From assembly GCA_012295275.1 (NCBI GenBank), contig CM022667.1:868001-932000 (forward strand): a stretch of 64,000 nt of DNA. Direction: 5' to 3'. The first letter of the stretch is position 1. Every line of letters starts with the position of its first letter. This document shows positions 28,844 to 42,260 of this stretch, in pieces. This DNA comes from Chrysomallon squamiferum. Taxonomy: Eukaryota; Animalia; Mollusca. The notes beneath the pieces are model-generated. The model saw only the letters and a program-made list of their open reading frames with translations, was not told the DNA's origin and did not search any database. Both the position numbers and the translations under genes were made by a program.

Positions 28844-28924
28844 TAAATTTATTTATTTATTTATTTATGTTTAATAAATTTTTAACATTAATTTTTTTTG
28901 GGTTTAAATTTTCATCTTATTACA

Positions 28925-28959
<35 letters not shown>

Positions 28960-30584
28960 ATTCTTCGCAGCAACTTTGTACCGGTACACAGAGGGGATTA
29001 ACACAATCGTATAAAAATACTTTTCAGTCTGGCTATGAAAAATATGATGGAGAGGCTAACCCACAGATAGGAGGTGGCCTCAGGCCTTCTTCTCAAGTTA
29101 TCTCTCACAAAGGTCTCTCCTATCTGAACAAGCTTTCCACCGATGTGCAGACCTATATGTTGCATATAGCTGGAAGCAGCAGGAAGTTTACAGATATATA
29201 TCTTTGCGAGATGCTAATGGACAGGTAAGGAATAGTCCACAGGATGCTGGATGAGGCTCCAGATGGTGACACTCTCTGCATCACCCCCCTCTCTCTCTCC
29301 AAAAAAAAATGTAAGAAAGAAAGGTTTTTAATTGATGAGCTGGTACTGAGTAGTGTTTTTGTTTTTTAATCTCATCATATATATGTTTAATCAAGATACC
29401 TATATCTATATATCTATCTATATATCTATCTATATGTCTATATCTATATCTATCTATATCTATATCTACATATATCTATATCTCTCTATATATATACGTA
29501 TGTGTGTATATATGTATGTAATGTATGTATATATGTATGTAATGTATGTAATGTATGTGTGTATGTATGTATGTATGTATGTATGTATGCATGCATGCAT
29601 GCATGTAGATATGTAGATATAGATTAAATACACAGAAACACATACATTTATTACTTGATTTAGGATATACATTATAGTGTATGTCATATAATATATACCA
29701 TTACACATACAATTAAAGATAAAGTTTGGCAATACCAAATGAATGAAAAAATAAATTTTATTTAATAAAATACTTAAAATAATAATCTTCACTCTATGGT
29801 TTTATATGTCATCATGCTAATAACACAGGGCAATACCAAAATGAAACATTTGTTTAACTAAATACTCAATACATTTTTAATCTACATTTATGTACACTGT
29901 CCTATACATAACATAATTTAACATACAGTAACGGAAGCTTGAAAAAAAAAGGTTTTATTTAACATGATACACTCAATACATTTTTTAATATGCTAATAAA
30001 ACATCATGAATATGATTATGAACCATTAAGGTAATGAGATGGGGAAAACCACCTTTTAAATCATTAAACTAACAGGCCAGCATGTTCATGAACCATTTAA
30101 ATTATTAAATTAATGGGCTAAAATGTCTGTGGACCATTCAAATAATTAAGATAATTGGACTAACATGGACTATTTAATGATGGGATGGTTCAGAGATCCA
30201 TCCAAACACCCAGCATTGTTCGATAAACATGCTTCAAGGATCTGTTTGGATTGGGAAATAACTACCAGTTAAGAATGTCAGTATCGTTCATTACCCCATT
30301 TTTGTTATTGGTCTTGTTTGTATCCAGTTAATTAGTTAATTAATATTTAAATAGCTCTTCTACTGTTTTATTAGTAATGGTTATGCTGTACTTGACATGG
30401 TGACATACATTTAATTGAAATACATCACTCCAGTGACATCTCATTAGTATATGCTACACTGACCCAGTTATTACTGGAAATTATTAACCATCTGATGGGT
30501 GTGAAGTATCTACACTAATGAATACTGTTTAATAGTACGTCTGAAGGGTAGTTACTGTTGATTAAAAGACAGAAGTATCATGAT

Positions 30585-30915
30585 GCATTTGATATTGGTC
30601 TCCAATCTGAGCTAACTAACAAAATAAGAAGATAGCAGATCAAATATTATCAGATATTGGTCTCTAAATAACTTAGACAATAAGATAAGGAAATAGGAAT
30701 ATATATATAAGAAAATATCGGAAACTGGTCTCTAATCAGAGCCAATTAACAAAATAAAGAGAGAGGAAAATATCAGATATTTAGAAAATAACAGAGAAAT
30801 TGAAAATACAGGAGGTATTATTGTCAGCTGATATCAGATACTGGTCTCTAATCAGAGCTAACTAATAAAATAAGGAGACAGGGGTATCAGAAAATATCAG
30901 AAATTGGTCCTTAAC
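30585..30915. repeat. ~60-65 bp degenerate minisatellite (atatcagatattggtctctaatcagagctaactaacaaaataag)
   Basis: Five to six copies. Confidence 0.8.
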
Positions 30916-31039
30916 AATAGATAACTGAAAAATATGATATATTTATATTACGTTAACATCATTAGAACATTTTATTAGTTTTCCATTACTCGTACTGGAC
31001 ATTGGTTTACAGGTTTTTTTCTTCTCAAAGTCTGTTTAA

Positions 31040-31230
31040 TGATACATTGATTAAATTCATATTATTAGATTACTGAATAAACAAACATAATGTTAGTCAT
31101 GAGAGGAAACCTGTTATGTTTTTGTATTTCTAGCACTGAGTGATATTTTTATCATTTTCATTTTTACATAGACAGGAAAGCACATTCAATAAAGCTGTTT
31201 GGGGGCTCTGGTTAGAATGGGAAATCACAG
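31040..31230 (+). mobile_element. Older diverged copy of the interspersed repeat seen at 14061 and 16767
   Basis: atgagaggaaac ... catagacaggaaagcacat appear in the same order and at similar spacing to copy A. Confidence 0.45.
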
Positions 31231-31614
31231 AAATCAAGTGTTTTAACCACTAAGCTATAGCTTAGTTTTGTTTACTAGCAAATTTATTCTTAACCCAAAT
31301 TTTGAAATGCTGAAGCAAAAGAAAGAAAAAAAAAAAAAAAAGAAAAAGCAAGAAAAGAAGAAGAAGAAAATTAAAAAAGAAAACTGAATACATTTTGTTT
31401 TTAAAAACTCCAACAAAATTAATATTTTGGTCATGCATTTTGTTTTTCTTGTGGCATCATATCTCATGACTGCCTAATATGCTAATCTTAAATTGAATCG
31501 AAAGCAGAAAAAATTAATAACAAAAAAAAATAACTTAGTTTATTTTGAAGCATTAAACTATAATCTTGAGATGATAGGTTATTATGATAATAAGGTGGTT
31601 TAAAAAGTAAATTT

Positions 31615-32055
31615 TGCATTTTTATTTATTTATTGCAAGAATTAATATGAAGAAAAATTTTCTGATGTCATTTTCTTTACTGCCTGGATTTTATATTCTT
31701 CAAACAACATTTATTTATTTATTGGCAATATAGCATGGAAAATCTTTTTAATGTCATTTTTTTGTAATCTGGATAATTTTAATTGTCAAAAAATTATTTA
31801 ACATTTATTTATTTATTGGTGATATAATATTTTAATGTAATTTTTTTATAATTTAGATGATTTTATTTATTAAAAAAAGATTTAACATTTATTTATTTAT
31901 TGGCGATATAATATTTTAATGTAATTTTTTTATAATTTAGATAGTTTTATGTGTTAACATTTTTTTTTTACATTTATTTATTTATTGTAATTTTTTTCAG
32001 TTTAGTGAATTTTATTTGTCAAAAAAATATAGATATAACTATTTATTTACTGGAC
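31615..32055. repeat. ~80-90 bp degenerate tandem repeat (acatttatttatttattggc..atata...aatgtaatttttt), then (TG)n at 32098-32189
   Basis: Directly visible recurrence. Confidence 0.75.
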
Positions 32056-32095
32056 AAGTTATACAGTGATTATTTTTTATGAGAATTTGACAGTT

Positions 32096-32190
<95 letters not shown>

Positions 32191-33275
32191 TGTGTGTGAT
32201 ATTATATAATTCATATTTAATTAATTATTTGAAAACATATCCTAAAAGCTTCTTACGCAGTCTTTTTATTTTATTAATAATTTATTTATTTACTTACTTA
32301 TTTACTTATTTATTCATTATTTTAAAATAAATTTTTATACACAAATGAAAAAATAACACATCACGACTTACATCAACACTAGACTTAAATAATTCAGCCA
32401 AGACAATTTGTACTTCCAGTGTTGAATTTCCATGACACCTTGCAAGTAGTGAACAGCATTTTTATTAAAAAAAAAAAAAAAATAAATAAAAAATTTAAAA
32501 AAAACAACAAACGCACAGTAAATAAATTTGAGGAAATGGTGCTAACTGAATTAAGGGTGCAGATAACCTGAACGCCAGTAAACCGAATGTCGCTGTGACC
32601 TGTTGAAGATGCCAAAACAGTCACTGCATAGAAAATTAAACAGGTGCAATACAATAGGTAGCGTTATAAGTATGAAAGATGTGTTTTACTAAATATAAAT
32701 ATATCTTTTTCACCTTCTGTGTTCCCTGAATAGAAGATTAATCTTTTGTTTTTATGAATTTAAATCTTTTTTTTGTTTGTATATATATATATTTACACAC
32801 ATATACACACACATATAATACAAATGATAATTTCTGTCTGAAGATTTAAAACAAATCTCTCTTGTTTTTTTCAACTGTGTGTCCTTTTGTCTCTGTGTCT
32901 GTATGTATATCTGCATGTATATCTGCATGTATATCTGCATGAACAAATAGTAATTACAATGAAAATAGAAGAAACTAAATTGTATGTTAATGTTTTAATT
33001 CTTTTTCTTTAGTTTATTGATGCAGTTCTGTTTAAGATTAATGAAATATATTATGTTTAAATAGTATGTGTGTGTGTGTGTGTGTGTGTTTAATAAATTA
33101 GTGTCTGTTTGTGTGTGTGTTTGTATATATGTACATGTATGTGTTTATGTGAACATGTGTGTGTGTATGTATACATGTATGTATATATATGTGTGTCTGT
33201 TTATATATGTGTGTGTATGTGTGTGTGTATATGTGTGAATGTGTTAATGCATATGTATGTGTATATGTGTGTATG

Positions 33276-33312
<37 letters not shown>

Positions 33313-34880
33313 ATGTGTACATATGTGTGTGAGTGTGCATACCTGTATATGTAGTGTATATGTGTGTGTGTATTCGTATGCATGTAATAAATTAATTTAT
33401 GTGTGCTTTCTACAGATATGATAATGCAGCCTCTTTAACATCTGTCATCCAAGCTATTATAATTTCCTTGTCATTTACAATATTATTTTAACAGAAGTTA
33501 TTTGCAAATAATATTTATATTACTGTTATGTGAAATTACTGCAGCAGTCTGTAGCGTTATAAATATTAATGTAATCTAAATAATTGTGAGAAAAAAAAAA
33601 GGAAACATAATTAGGCTATGTTGACAATTCGATGAAATAAATAAACTTGTATTCATCTAAAATTTATAAGAACCGATTTAAATACAAAAGTTTTAATAAT
33701 AATGGAAAATTCCCATGGAGCCTCATCAAGATTTATGTTACAAATATGTATCTCTGTCTGTCTGTCTGTCCCTTTCATTCTTTCTTTTCTCTCTCTCTCT
33801 CTCTTTGTGTGTGTGTGTATGTGTGTTAATTTATGTTCATATGCATACAAATATTAATAAATGGTACGACAATTAACATATTAATTAAATGAAAATAATA
33901 ATAAAATAAATAAATAAATAAATAAATAATAATTATAAAAAAAGAAAAGTAAAGAATAAAAGCCTCCCTTGCAAATAATTTTTGTTTTGTGACGTAAAAT
34001 TAAACACTCAAACTGTTATCCAACAACGAAGGGTGTCCCTGTGGAGCCCCACGAACACCTTTGGGTAGATAGATTCTGTCTCCAAGATTGATGTGATGTC
34101 TGCTGACTGACAGATTGGTGATCCAGTCATCAGACTTGGTGAAGAGGTGACAGTCACCCAAATACTACTACAGATGTAGAAACAGTCTGGGTGTGATGAA
34201 AAATGGATGTTGCTAATAATAGCGGACTTGTTTCAGTGTAAAAAAAGATAACTTGTCGGACAAGTATGTCGTTAATTAGACACTTCGATGGAGAGCATTA
34301 CTTCTTGAAAATGTTCAATAACAAATATGCAGGTATCGTTTAGTTTCTTTTGTAATTAATGATTTCAGTAATGTTATTATTATTTCTGTAAAAAGAATAT
34401 ATGCATGCTTGTACATATATAAGCACAAACACACACACACACACACAAACACACATACAAACACACACACACATCCACACACATAGACATTCATACACAC
34501 ATAGATACACATACACTCACATACATACCTACCTATACACCTACATATATATATATATATATATATACAGACACATACAAATACAGATGCATATTACACA
34601 CAGACATACTCAATAATATTTGTAAATGATATTTTCTATATGTTTATTTTTCTAGTTATATTCCTGTCATTTTTTAAATTTATTTAATTATTATTACAGA
34701 CAGCTCTCAACTTACAGCCACATTCCATTCTAATGGCTGTAAGTTGATTTGTGCATAATCTGTATTTTTAGAATCCGTATTACAGTATGTATAGTACTTA
34801 GCTTGTGTGGACAGTAATAATGTTATCTCCACCTTAAATCATACATACATGCGTACATTCTTTTTATTCCATAAACCCTT

Positions 34881-34985
34881 TAATTAGTTTAAATCAAACC
34901 CTATTTGCACTACAGCGTGTTTAATCCTTGCTTACAAAGTATTAAACGTAGTGTAGTGCAAATTGTTTTTGATTTAAACTAATTA
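34881..34985. repeat. 105-bp foldback palindrome (45-bp arms, 15-nt spacer); MITE-like or hairpin RNA
   Basis: Arms 34881-34925 and 34941-34985 pair at 38 of 45 positions, plus two G-U pairs; the outer 18 bp are perfect. Confidence 0.85.
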
Positions 34986-35106
34986 GAAAAGGAAAAAAAC
35001 TAAAAAGAAAAAAACACAAAATATTTATTGATCACTGAAGCCTGGAGGGGACCTGAAAATGTCTTCTTTTTTGTGTGTGTGTGTGTGTGTGTGTGTAGGT
35101 GTGTGT

Positions 35107-35162
<56 letters not shown>

Positions 35163-36765
35163 TGGGCAGAGTTGTTTTCTCTTTACAAACTTACTGAATC
35201 TCATCTGAATTGTTGTGTTCTTTTTCCCTGTTCCTCAGAAAATCTTACAATAAGTGGGGAAAAAAAGCATGTTTTAGCAACATCAGGAAAGAAATATGAA
35301 CCAAGCAGTAACTGTGGCACCTTTGTCACATAGGTGGACAAATAGTCATAAATTGCATAAATGTCATAAGTCAGTGAGTGTATTATTATTTTTATCATCA
35401 TCATCACCATTGTTTTCTTCACCTTTATGTTCTTCCGTTTGTTCTTCTTCTTAAAAATTTCCTGGTGAATACAAAGGAATACTATGAAAATGTTTAATAT
35501 CTGTATCTGAAATTGTATGTTGTATCAAACTTAGATAACAGTTAATTAATTCATTTTTAAAAAAAAAAAAAAAAAAGAAGTTTTTTCAAGTAAATTGGTC
35601 TTTAACAGGTGCTGTATTAAACAAGACATGATGCAATCTTCCAGTGGTAACTGTTCTTGTTTATATAGGGTTTGACTTTAGAAAGGTTTGAAAACAGTTA
35701 CAAGTTTGCCTGTGGTTATGATTTCATTAATACATTATTTAACTGTATACTCTAGTTTTGACAGATCAATAACCAAGTAGGTCAAATTCCAATGTAGTCT
35801 CTCTCTCTCTTTTTGTTTTAAAATTAATATATCTTAAACATAAATGTACTTGAAACAAAAATTATGATGTAACTTATATGTCTTGAATATTTTGTTTTGG
35901 AAAAATTCATATAGATTATTTATGTTTATGTGTAATATAACATAAATATACCAGTGAAACATATCTAGCCTTATGTATGACTTATACATTTTGTTACATT
36001 TCTAAAAACAATCGATATAATCTTTAACAAACTTAAACACACACTCACACACACACATATATAATTATATATATAAAATACATATACATAAACCTTTTTT
36101 CTTATATATCATTAAATATATTTTTAATAAACAACCAACATGCTCATGAAACATATCTCATCATATTATGTTTTTTTTTTTTTTTTCAAACATTATTTTT
36201 ATATTAAAAAAAAAATAAAATAAAATAACTGAATCATACATAAATCACATCATAATCTGTTACATTATGAGAACACTTGTCGTCACATATTTGTGAAACT
36301 TATATCTAGTCACTTCTGAAACCAAATTCACCTGCAGACAGTCAGTTCACACAGTGAAAGTTTTTTTTTCTTCCCATGAGTTCACCAGGTTTATTTATAA
36401 AAAAACATCAATAGATGGTAGTAAGTCAAGTTTTTTTTTTTTTTTTTTTTGCTTCATGATACAGAGCAGAGTACAAGTGGATGTTTATTTATTTTTTTTT
36501 TTTTTGACTTAAAGCTCTCGCAATCTTTAGAAATAGAATATCTTAGTGTCAGAGTTGGAGAGGATGCTGGTGTGACTAATCGATGATGTTGATGATGACG
36601 TAGCGATAAAAAATGACAAAACGGTACAAGCAACGTGATCGGCAGTGTGTGTGATGTATCACGTATCCTCGGCAGTGACAACAGCCTTCACGTGTCTACC
36701 AGAATCACTATCACAAAGTGATGAATAGCCTTCACGATTCTGAGTGAAATATCGCCGTGTATTCA

Positions 36766-36837
<72 letters not shown>

Positions 36838-38512
36838 TTTAGTAAAGTTGGGGTGTACATAGGTACTATATTCAGTTAGAAACATTTCAGTACATTTGTG
36901 TATATATTTATTTTTATTTTGCTAAATAATCATGTAATAGTGAATACATACATTGTTTTGTATATTGGGTATGTTACATGCTATGTATGTGCATGTGTGT
37001 GCGTGTGTGTGTGTGTGTCTGTCTGTCTTTATATATATTAAGTGTGTGTGTTCAATAATAGATAAAAAGATTGATATATATGCATAATTCATATATATAT
37101 ATATATACGTACATACACACACACACACACACACACACACCCATATATATATATGCTATATATGTACAAAAAAAAATAATAATAAAAAATAAAATTATCC
37201 TCTTGCCTAATCATATAATCAATATCATAAAAACAGTATAATCGCAAACAGTCAGCTGGACATCAGATGGAATTATCCTAATGTTTGAAAAGTAAAGGCG
37301 CATCATAAATACACCTTGGACAGGTGTGTTTGGTTTAAAAGAACACTTCTTCCTTCCTTTCCTACTGTTTGACAGACAGAAAAATGAATGGGTTTAAAAT
37401 AGAAGTGTGAGAGATAATAATAATAATGCATGCAGCGAGCAGTCTAAATTTTGAACTGATGCAGGGGATGGGCTTTAGTGTTACATCTGTTTTCAAAACA
37501 GACCTGTCGAGGTAAAAGTGACATAAGACGTTTATGGGATAGACGCTAAGGGTATGCTGCTGATATATGACTTAATGATGTACATGCTGTTTACAAGGAT
37601 GTAATATTAGAGTATTGCCACATTGTACTTGAAAGTGGTGAAATCAGTTCAGGACTTGGTAGATGCATGTTTTTTTGTTTTTTTAATTATTATTGCTGTT
37701 GTTGTTGTTGTTGTTGTTGTCGTAATGATCATTATCATATTCACTTATTATTTTATTTATTTATTTATCTAATTATTTATTTATTTAATTAAATTAATTA
37801 ATTGATTTATTTAATTAAACATTTATTCAAATATTTTATTTATTTATTTATTTATTATTTATTTATTTAATATTGGTTATTTATTAGTTATTTATTTTTA
37901 TTATTTATTTTAATTATATATTTTTATTTATTTTTACTTATTCAATTAAATAAATTAACTGACTGATTTACTTACACATTTATTCAAATATTATCGTATT
38001 TATTTATTTATTTATTTATTTATTTATTTGTTTGTTTGTTTGAGAACAACAAATTACAAGGTTCATATCACCTGACATCCACACCTTTGTGCAGGTGATG
38101 CAAGAGGCTGGGTGTCCTCCCTCTGTATCGTATATCACCTATCATCAGGTTTCCTGTGGGTGTGGACATTCAGCGATAGCCTTGGTTATGATTCAGTCTG
38201 TGTTTCTTAGCATAACAGGCAGCTTCGTGATGACAAACCTGTCTTGTAATATACCTTTTGTACTTCCTTAATAACTGATAAATAATTTTTATTACTGTTG
38301 TTATTCTTGTTGTTGCTGTGTTGTTGTTGTTGTGGTTGTTTTGGGGGTTTTTTTTTTGTTGTTGTAATTTTTAATTTTATTTGGTTAAATATTGATTAAT
38401 TTATTTATTTATTTTTATCTCATTTATTTTTTTTTAAATTTTATTTTTTTTTTTTATTTTTATTTTTTTTTTTTTTTAATTTTAATTTTAATTTTTTGTT
38501 TGTTTGTTTCAG

Positions 38513-38595
38513 TGGTTGGAGATCAGGGCCAAGAAGAAGAAAGGGAACCTAGTCTATCTCCATCTCCGTCCATCACTGTTTCAGAAAATGAACAG
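38513..38595 (+). CDS. RREB1: RREB1 exon 2 (V)VGDQGQEEEREPSLSPSPSITVSENEQ
   Basis: Acceptor tttgtttcag, donor CAG|gtcagt; phase 1 to phase 0; open frame. Confidence 0.8.
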
Positions 38596-38860
38596 GTCAG
38601 TGCAGTTTATTTAACAATGTAATATGTAATAACGTACTGTATTTCACGTGTTAAATAAAAACATATATAGAATATTTAAAACTTTTGAATTATAAACTAT
38701 ATTTAAACCTTCCATCTATCACTGTTTCTGAAAATGAAAGGTCTGTGTTTTGTTTAGTGTTTAATATTGTAATATGTAATAACATATTGTATTTTATATG
38801 GTAGATAAAAATAAATATACAACATTTAAAACTTTAAAATTATAAACTATATTTAAATCT
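38565..38860 (+). repeat. ~146 bp direct duplication spanning the 3' end of exon 2, its donor and the intron start
   Basis: atcactgtttcagaaaatgaacaggtc...ttataaactatatttaaacct is repeated as atcactgtttctgaaaatgaaaggtc...ttataaactatatttaaatct. Confidence 0.88.
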
Positions 38861-39228
38861 GTATTAAAATAGATATTGTATTATATTATAATTTAATGTT
38901 AAATAATGTCAAGATTTATTACCATTACTACCACATCAATTGTACTGCTGCTATCATTGTTTTTACTACTATTACTACTATTCTGACTACTACTACTACA
39001 CTACTACTATTACATCACTACTACTATTATTATAATCACAAACACTACCACTACCAGTTTTATTATTATTATTATTATTATTACTATTATTATTATTATT
39101 ATTTACTATTATTATTATTATTATTATTTACTATTATTATTATTATTATTACTATTATTATTATTATTACTATTATTATTATTTACTATTACTATTACTA
39201 TTATTATTATTATTATTATTATTTACTC

Positions 39229-39277
<49 letters not shown>

Positions 39278-39305
39278 TACTATTATTATTATCATCACAA
39301 CACAG

Positions 39306-39560
39306 GACTCATCAATTTGTGATCCAGATCTGGTCAGTGACACACCCATCCCAGTCTTCCCTACCAACTGTCTCCCACAGTCTGTGACCCCTGGCATCAT
39401 GTTGCCTGGATACCAGGACAAGTCCGTCAGTATTAGCCGCACTCGCTCCCTCAGTGCCACGCCCAGTGACACGTCGCTGTCGTCTTCTCCCCCCAATCCG
39501 TCCAGCCTGAGCAACAGCTACACATTCCAGTCTGATCTCAGCAAAAAGTCAAATCAGAAG
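39306..39560 (+). CDS. RREB1: RREB1 exon 3, Ser/Pro-rich (DSSICDPDL...DLSKKSNQK); alternative in-frame acceptor would start at 39381
   Basis: Acceptor cacag at 39305 or tctcccacag at 39380, both phase 0; donor AAG|gtattg. Confidence 0.75.
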
Positions 39561-39734
39561 GTATTGAGTTTGGACACACACACACACACACCTGTCTGTC
39601 TGTCTGTCTGTCTGTGCATCCATTCATTACCTATCTTCATACAAATGTGATGCATACGTACTTACATACATATACCTAGGATTGTAGGCATACACACTGA
39701 ATTATGCATCTGAATGAATTTACCCACACACTCA

Positions 39735-39773
<39 letters not shown>

Positions 39774-39912
39774 GTATGAGATCGATTATTAAGCTTTTAG
39801 AAAACCTGAGTTAATAAGAAAAGTATCTTGAAAAGAATATTAAATTATATCTGTAAAATACATTTTCAATTTTTTTTTTTTTTTAAATGTTCATTGTTTA
39901 TTCTATTTGTTG

Positions 39913-39962
<50 letters not shown>

Positions 39963-40183
39963 TGTGTTTGTAATATTTTAAGAATCAGGCCAGAAAACTG
40001 TTAAAATCATGAAATGTTTACCAAGGTTTTTGGATAAATGTTACAATACCTGTACATATATAGATATAATGCACACACACACACCACACACACACACACA
40101 CACACAAACACAACACACACCCATATATATATATATATATTTACAAACAAACAAATAAATAAATAAACAAGACTCTGTTTCAG

Positions 40184-40388
40184 ATACTACCTGTCTCATC
40201 AGAGGATGGCAAAAGCTGTTTCATCTGTCCTGTCTGCCAAAAGGAGTTGACAACATCACACGACCTCACCATCCACATCAGATCTCACAACATATCATCA
40301 TCTACATCGCAGGCCAACACTTGCACCATCTGCGGGAAGATCCTCAGTTCCCAGAGTTCATTAGACAGGCACATGCTTGTCCATTCAG
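40184..40388 (+). CDS. RREB1: RREB1 exon 4, zinc fingers 1-2 (CPVCQKELTTSHDLTIHIRSH; CTICGKILSSQSSLDRHMLVH)
   Basis: Acceptor ctgtttcag; donor CAG|gtctca, phase 1; two C2H2 motifs. Confidence 0.93.
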
Positions 40389-40532
40389 GTCTCACTACAC
40401 GCTTTTGTTTTTTAAATTTCTTCTACGTTCTGAAATGAAAAAACAGTTATATGGTATTGGAATTTAAATACAGACTAATATTGAGTTGTTTTTTTCTTTA
40501 TTTCTTTTCTTTTTTCCTTAGTTTTTAATTTT

Positions 40533-40595
<63 letters not shown>

Positions 40596-41137
40596 TTTTT
40601 ATTTTATTTTATTTTATTTTATTTTATTTATTTATTTATTTTATTTATTTATTTATTTTCTAAAAATTTATTTTATTTTATTTTATTTATTTTATTTAAA
40701 TTTTAAGAAAGAATTTTTTTTATATATATATATATATATAGAGGAAATATTTTTTATAATTATTTTTATTTGAAAATATTTAATTTTATTGTTTTATAAA
40801 TGCTCAGATTTTTTTTTTAAATCATTATCAAACAGATGAAAAAATTAAATTAAATTGTTTTAATGAAATTTCTTTTTTAATATAAACACAAATATGAGAA
40901 GAAATTAAATTAAATAATATAATATAATATAATATAAATAATATAATATAATATAATATAATATATATATTTCTATTTCAGTTTGACCTGAAGTTATTTT
41001 TATTTATGATTAGCATTACAAAGTCATGCATAATTATAAATATTAATTGATATTATGTTATTTTTATCTATTTTGAACATTTTTGTAATCATTCGTATTT
41101 TTATTTTTAAATATTTTTTTAATTATTATTATTGCAG

Positions 41138-41508
41138 GTGAGCGACCGTTCAAGTGCAAGATCTGCAAGATGTCATTCACCACCAACGGCAACATGCATC
41201 GTCATTCGCGCATTCACAAGAAGGATGATCTGTCTCTGCAAGGAGTGAAAGGAGGGGGCACTCGCAAAGCCAAAACGAAACTCTTCAGTAAGCCCGAAAT
41301 TCACCCCGCCCTCTTGCCTCCGCCCAGCCTGCTCCAGGGTGCTGCCCTCGACCAGTTTGGACTCAGCGTAATGAAGCCCAATAACGTCATTCGGAACTTC
41401 AAGAACTTCACGCCTGAGAGCTTCACATCAGTGGCTGCGCCCATGGTTTCGAGCTTGTACAAGGGAGACAACTCTCAGGTGTTTGTGAAGCAGGAGCAGG
41501 ACGTGCCA
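41138..41508 (+). CDS. RREB1: RREB1 exon 5, zinc finger 3 ([27 protein letters not shown]) and linker
   Basis: Acceptor ttgcag completes the SGERP linker; donor CCA|gttagt, phase 0. Confidence 0.9.
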
Positions 41509-41510
41509 GT

Positions 41511-42110
41511 TAGTGTATGTGTGATTAATTGATAAACAGCGACTGTTGTAGCAGTAGTTGTTGTAGCAGCAGTAAATAGGAGTAGTGGTAGTGGTAGTAC
41601 TAGTAGGAGTTTTGGCAACAATAGTGTATGTGTGATTAATTGATAAACAGCAGTTGTTGTAGCAGCAGTTGTTGTAGTAGTTGCAGCAGTAAATAGGAGT
41701 AGTGGTAGTGGTAGTAGTAGTTATAATAGTTGTAGTAGTAATAGTAGGAGTTTTGGCAACAATAGTGGTAGTATTAGAAGTAGTTGTAGTGGTAGCTGTA
41801 GCTGCACTTTTAATAGTAGTAATAGTCAAAGTAAAAGACATAGCAGAGGTGCTGGTAATGGCAATAGAAGGAGTAGTAATAATAGTATTTGTAGTAGTAA
41901 TTGTGTAGTTGTTAATAATAGTATTAGTAGTGGTGGAAGTAGCAGTAATAGTAATAATAATAATAGTAGTAGTAGGAGTAGAAATTGGATTTGTTGTAGT
42001 TTTAGTAATAGTGATAATAATAGTAGTAGTGAGATGGTAGTAGCAGTAATAGTAATAGTAATCAGAGTAGTAGTAGTAATAGTAGAAATAATATTATTAA
42101 TAATAATACA
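41511..42110. repeat. ~112 bp duplication starting at the exon 5 donor, decaying into (GTA/ATA)n low-complexity DNA
   Basis: tagtgtatgtgtgattaattgataaacagc occurs at 41511 and 41623. Confidence 0.82.
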
Positions 42111-42260
42111 GTAATCTCCAATAAACCATAAAAATGCATTTGATCACACACATCAATGATTTCAAAATTAACAAAGAAACAAAATTAACTTGTAATTTAT
42201 GTATTTAAATGATTTGTCAAAATGATCACTGACCATTCTTTCTTTCTTTCTTTCTTGCAG

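Noticed and set aside
29211-29230. Strong donor CAG|GTAAGG with nearby ATGs as an alternative coding first exon
   Set aside because: The ATGs give phase 2 and the phase 1 frame contains a stop, so it cannot join exon 2 in frame. A non-coding exon cannot be excluded but has no support.
30195-30255. Short inverted repeat (atccaaaca...tgtttggat with inner agcat/atgct)
   Set aside because: The arms are short and the interior is asymmetric; too weak to call a structured RNA.
898-38300. Dozens of 60-150 aa ORFs rich in poly-L/I/Y/F, SLSL, CVCV, HTHT
   Set aside because: They are translations of (TA)n, (GA)n, (CA)n, (ATT)n and (TTTA)n microsatellites, with no domains or splice-compatible structure.
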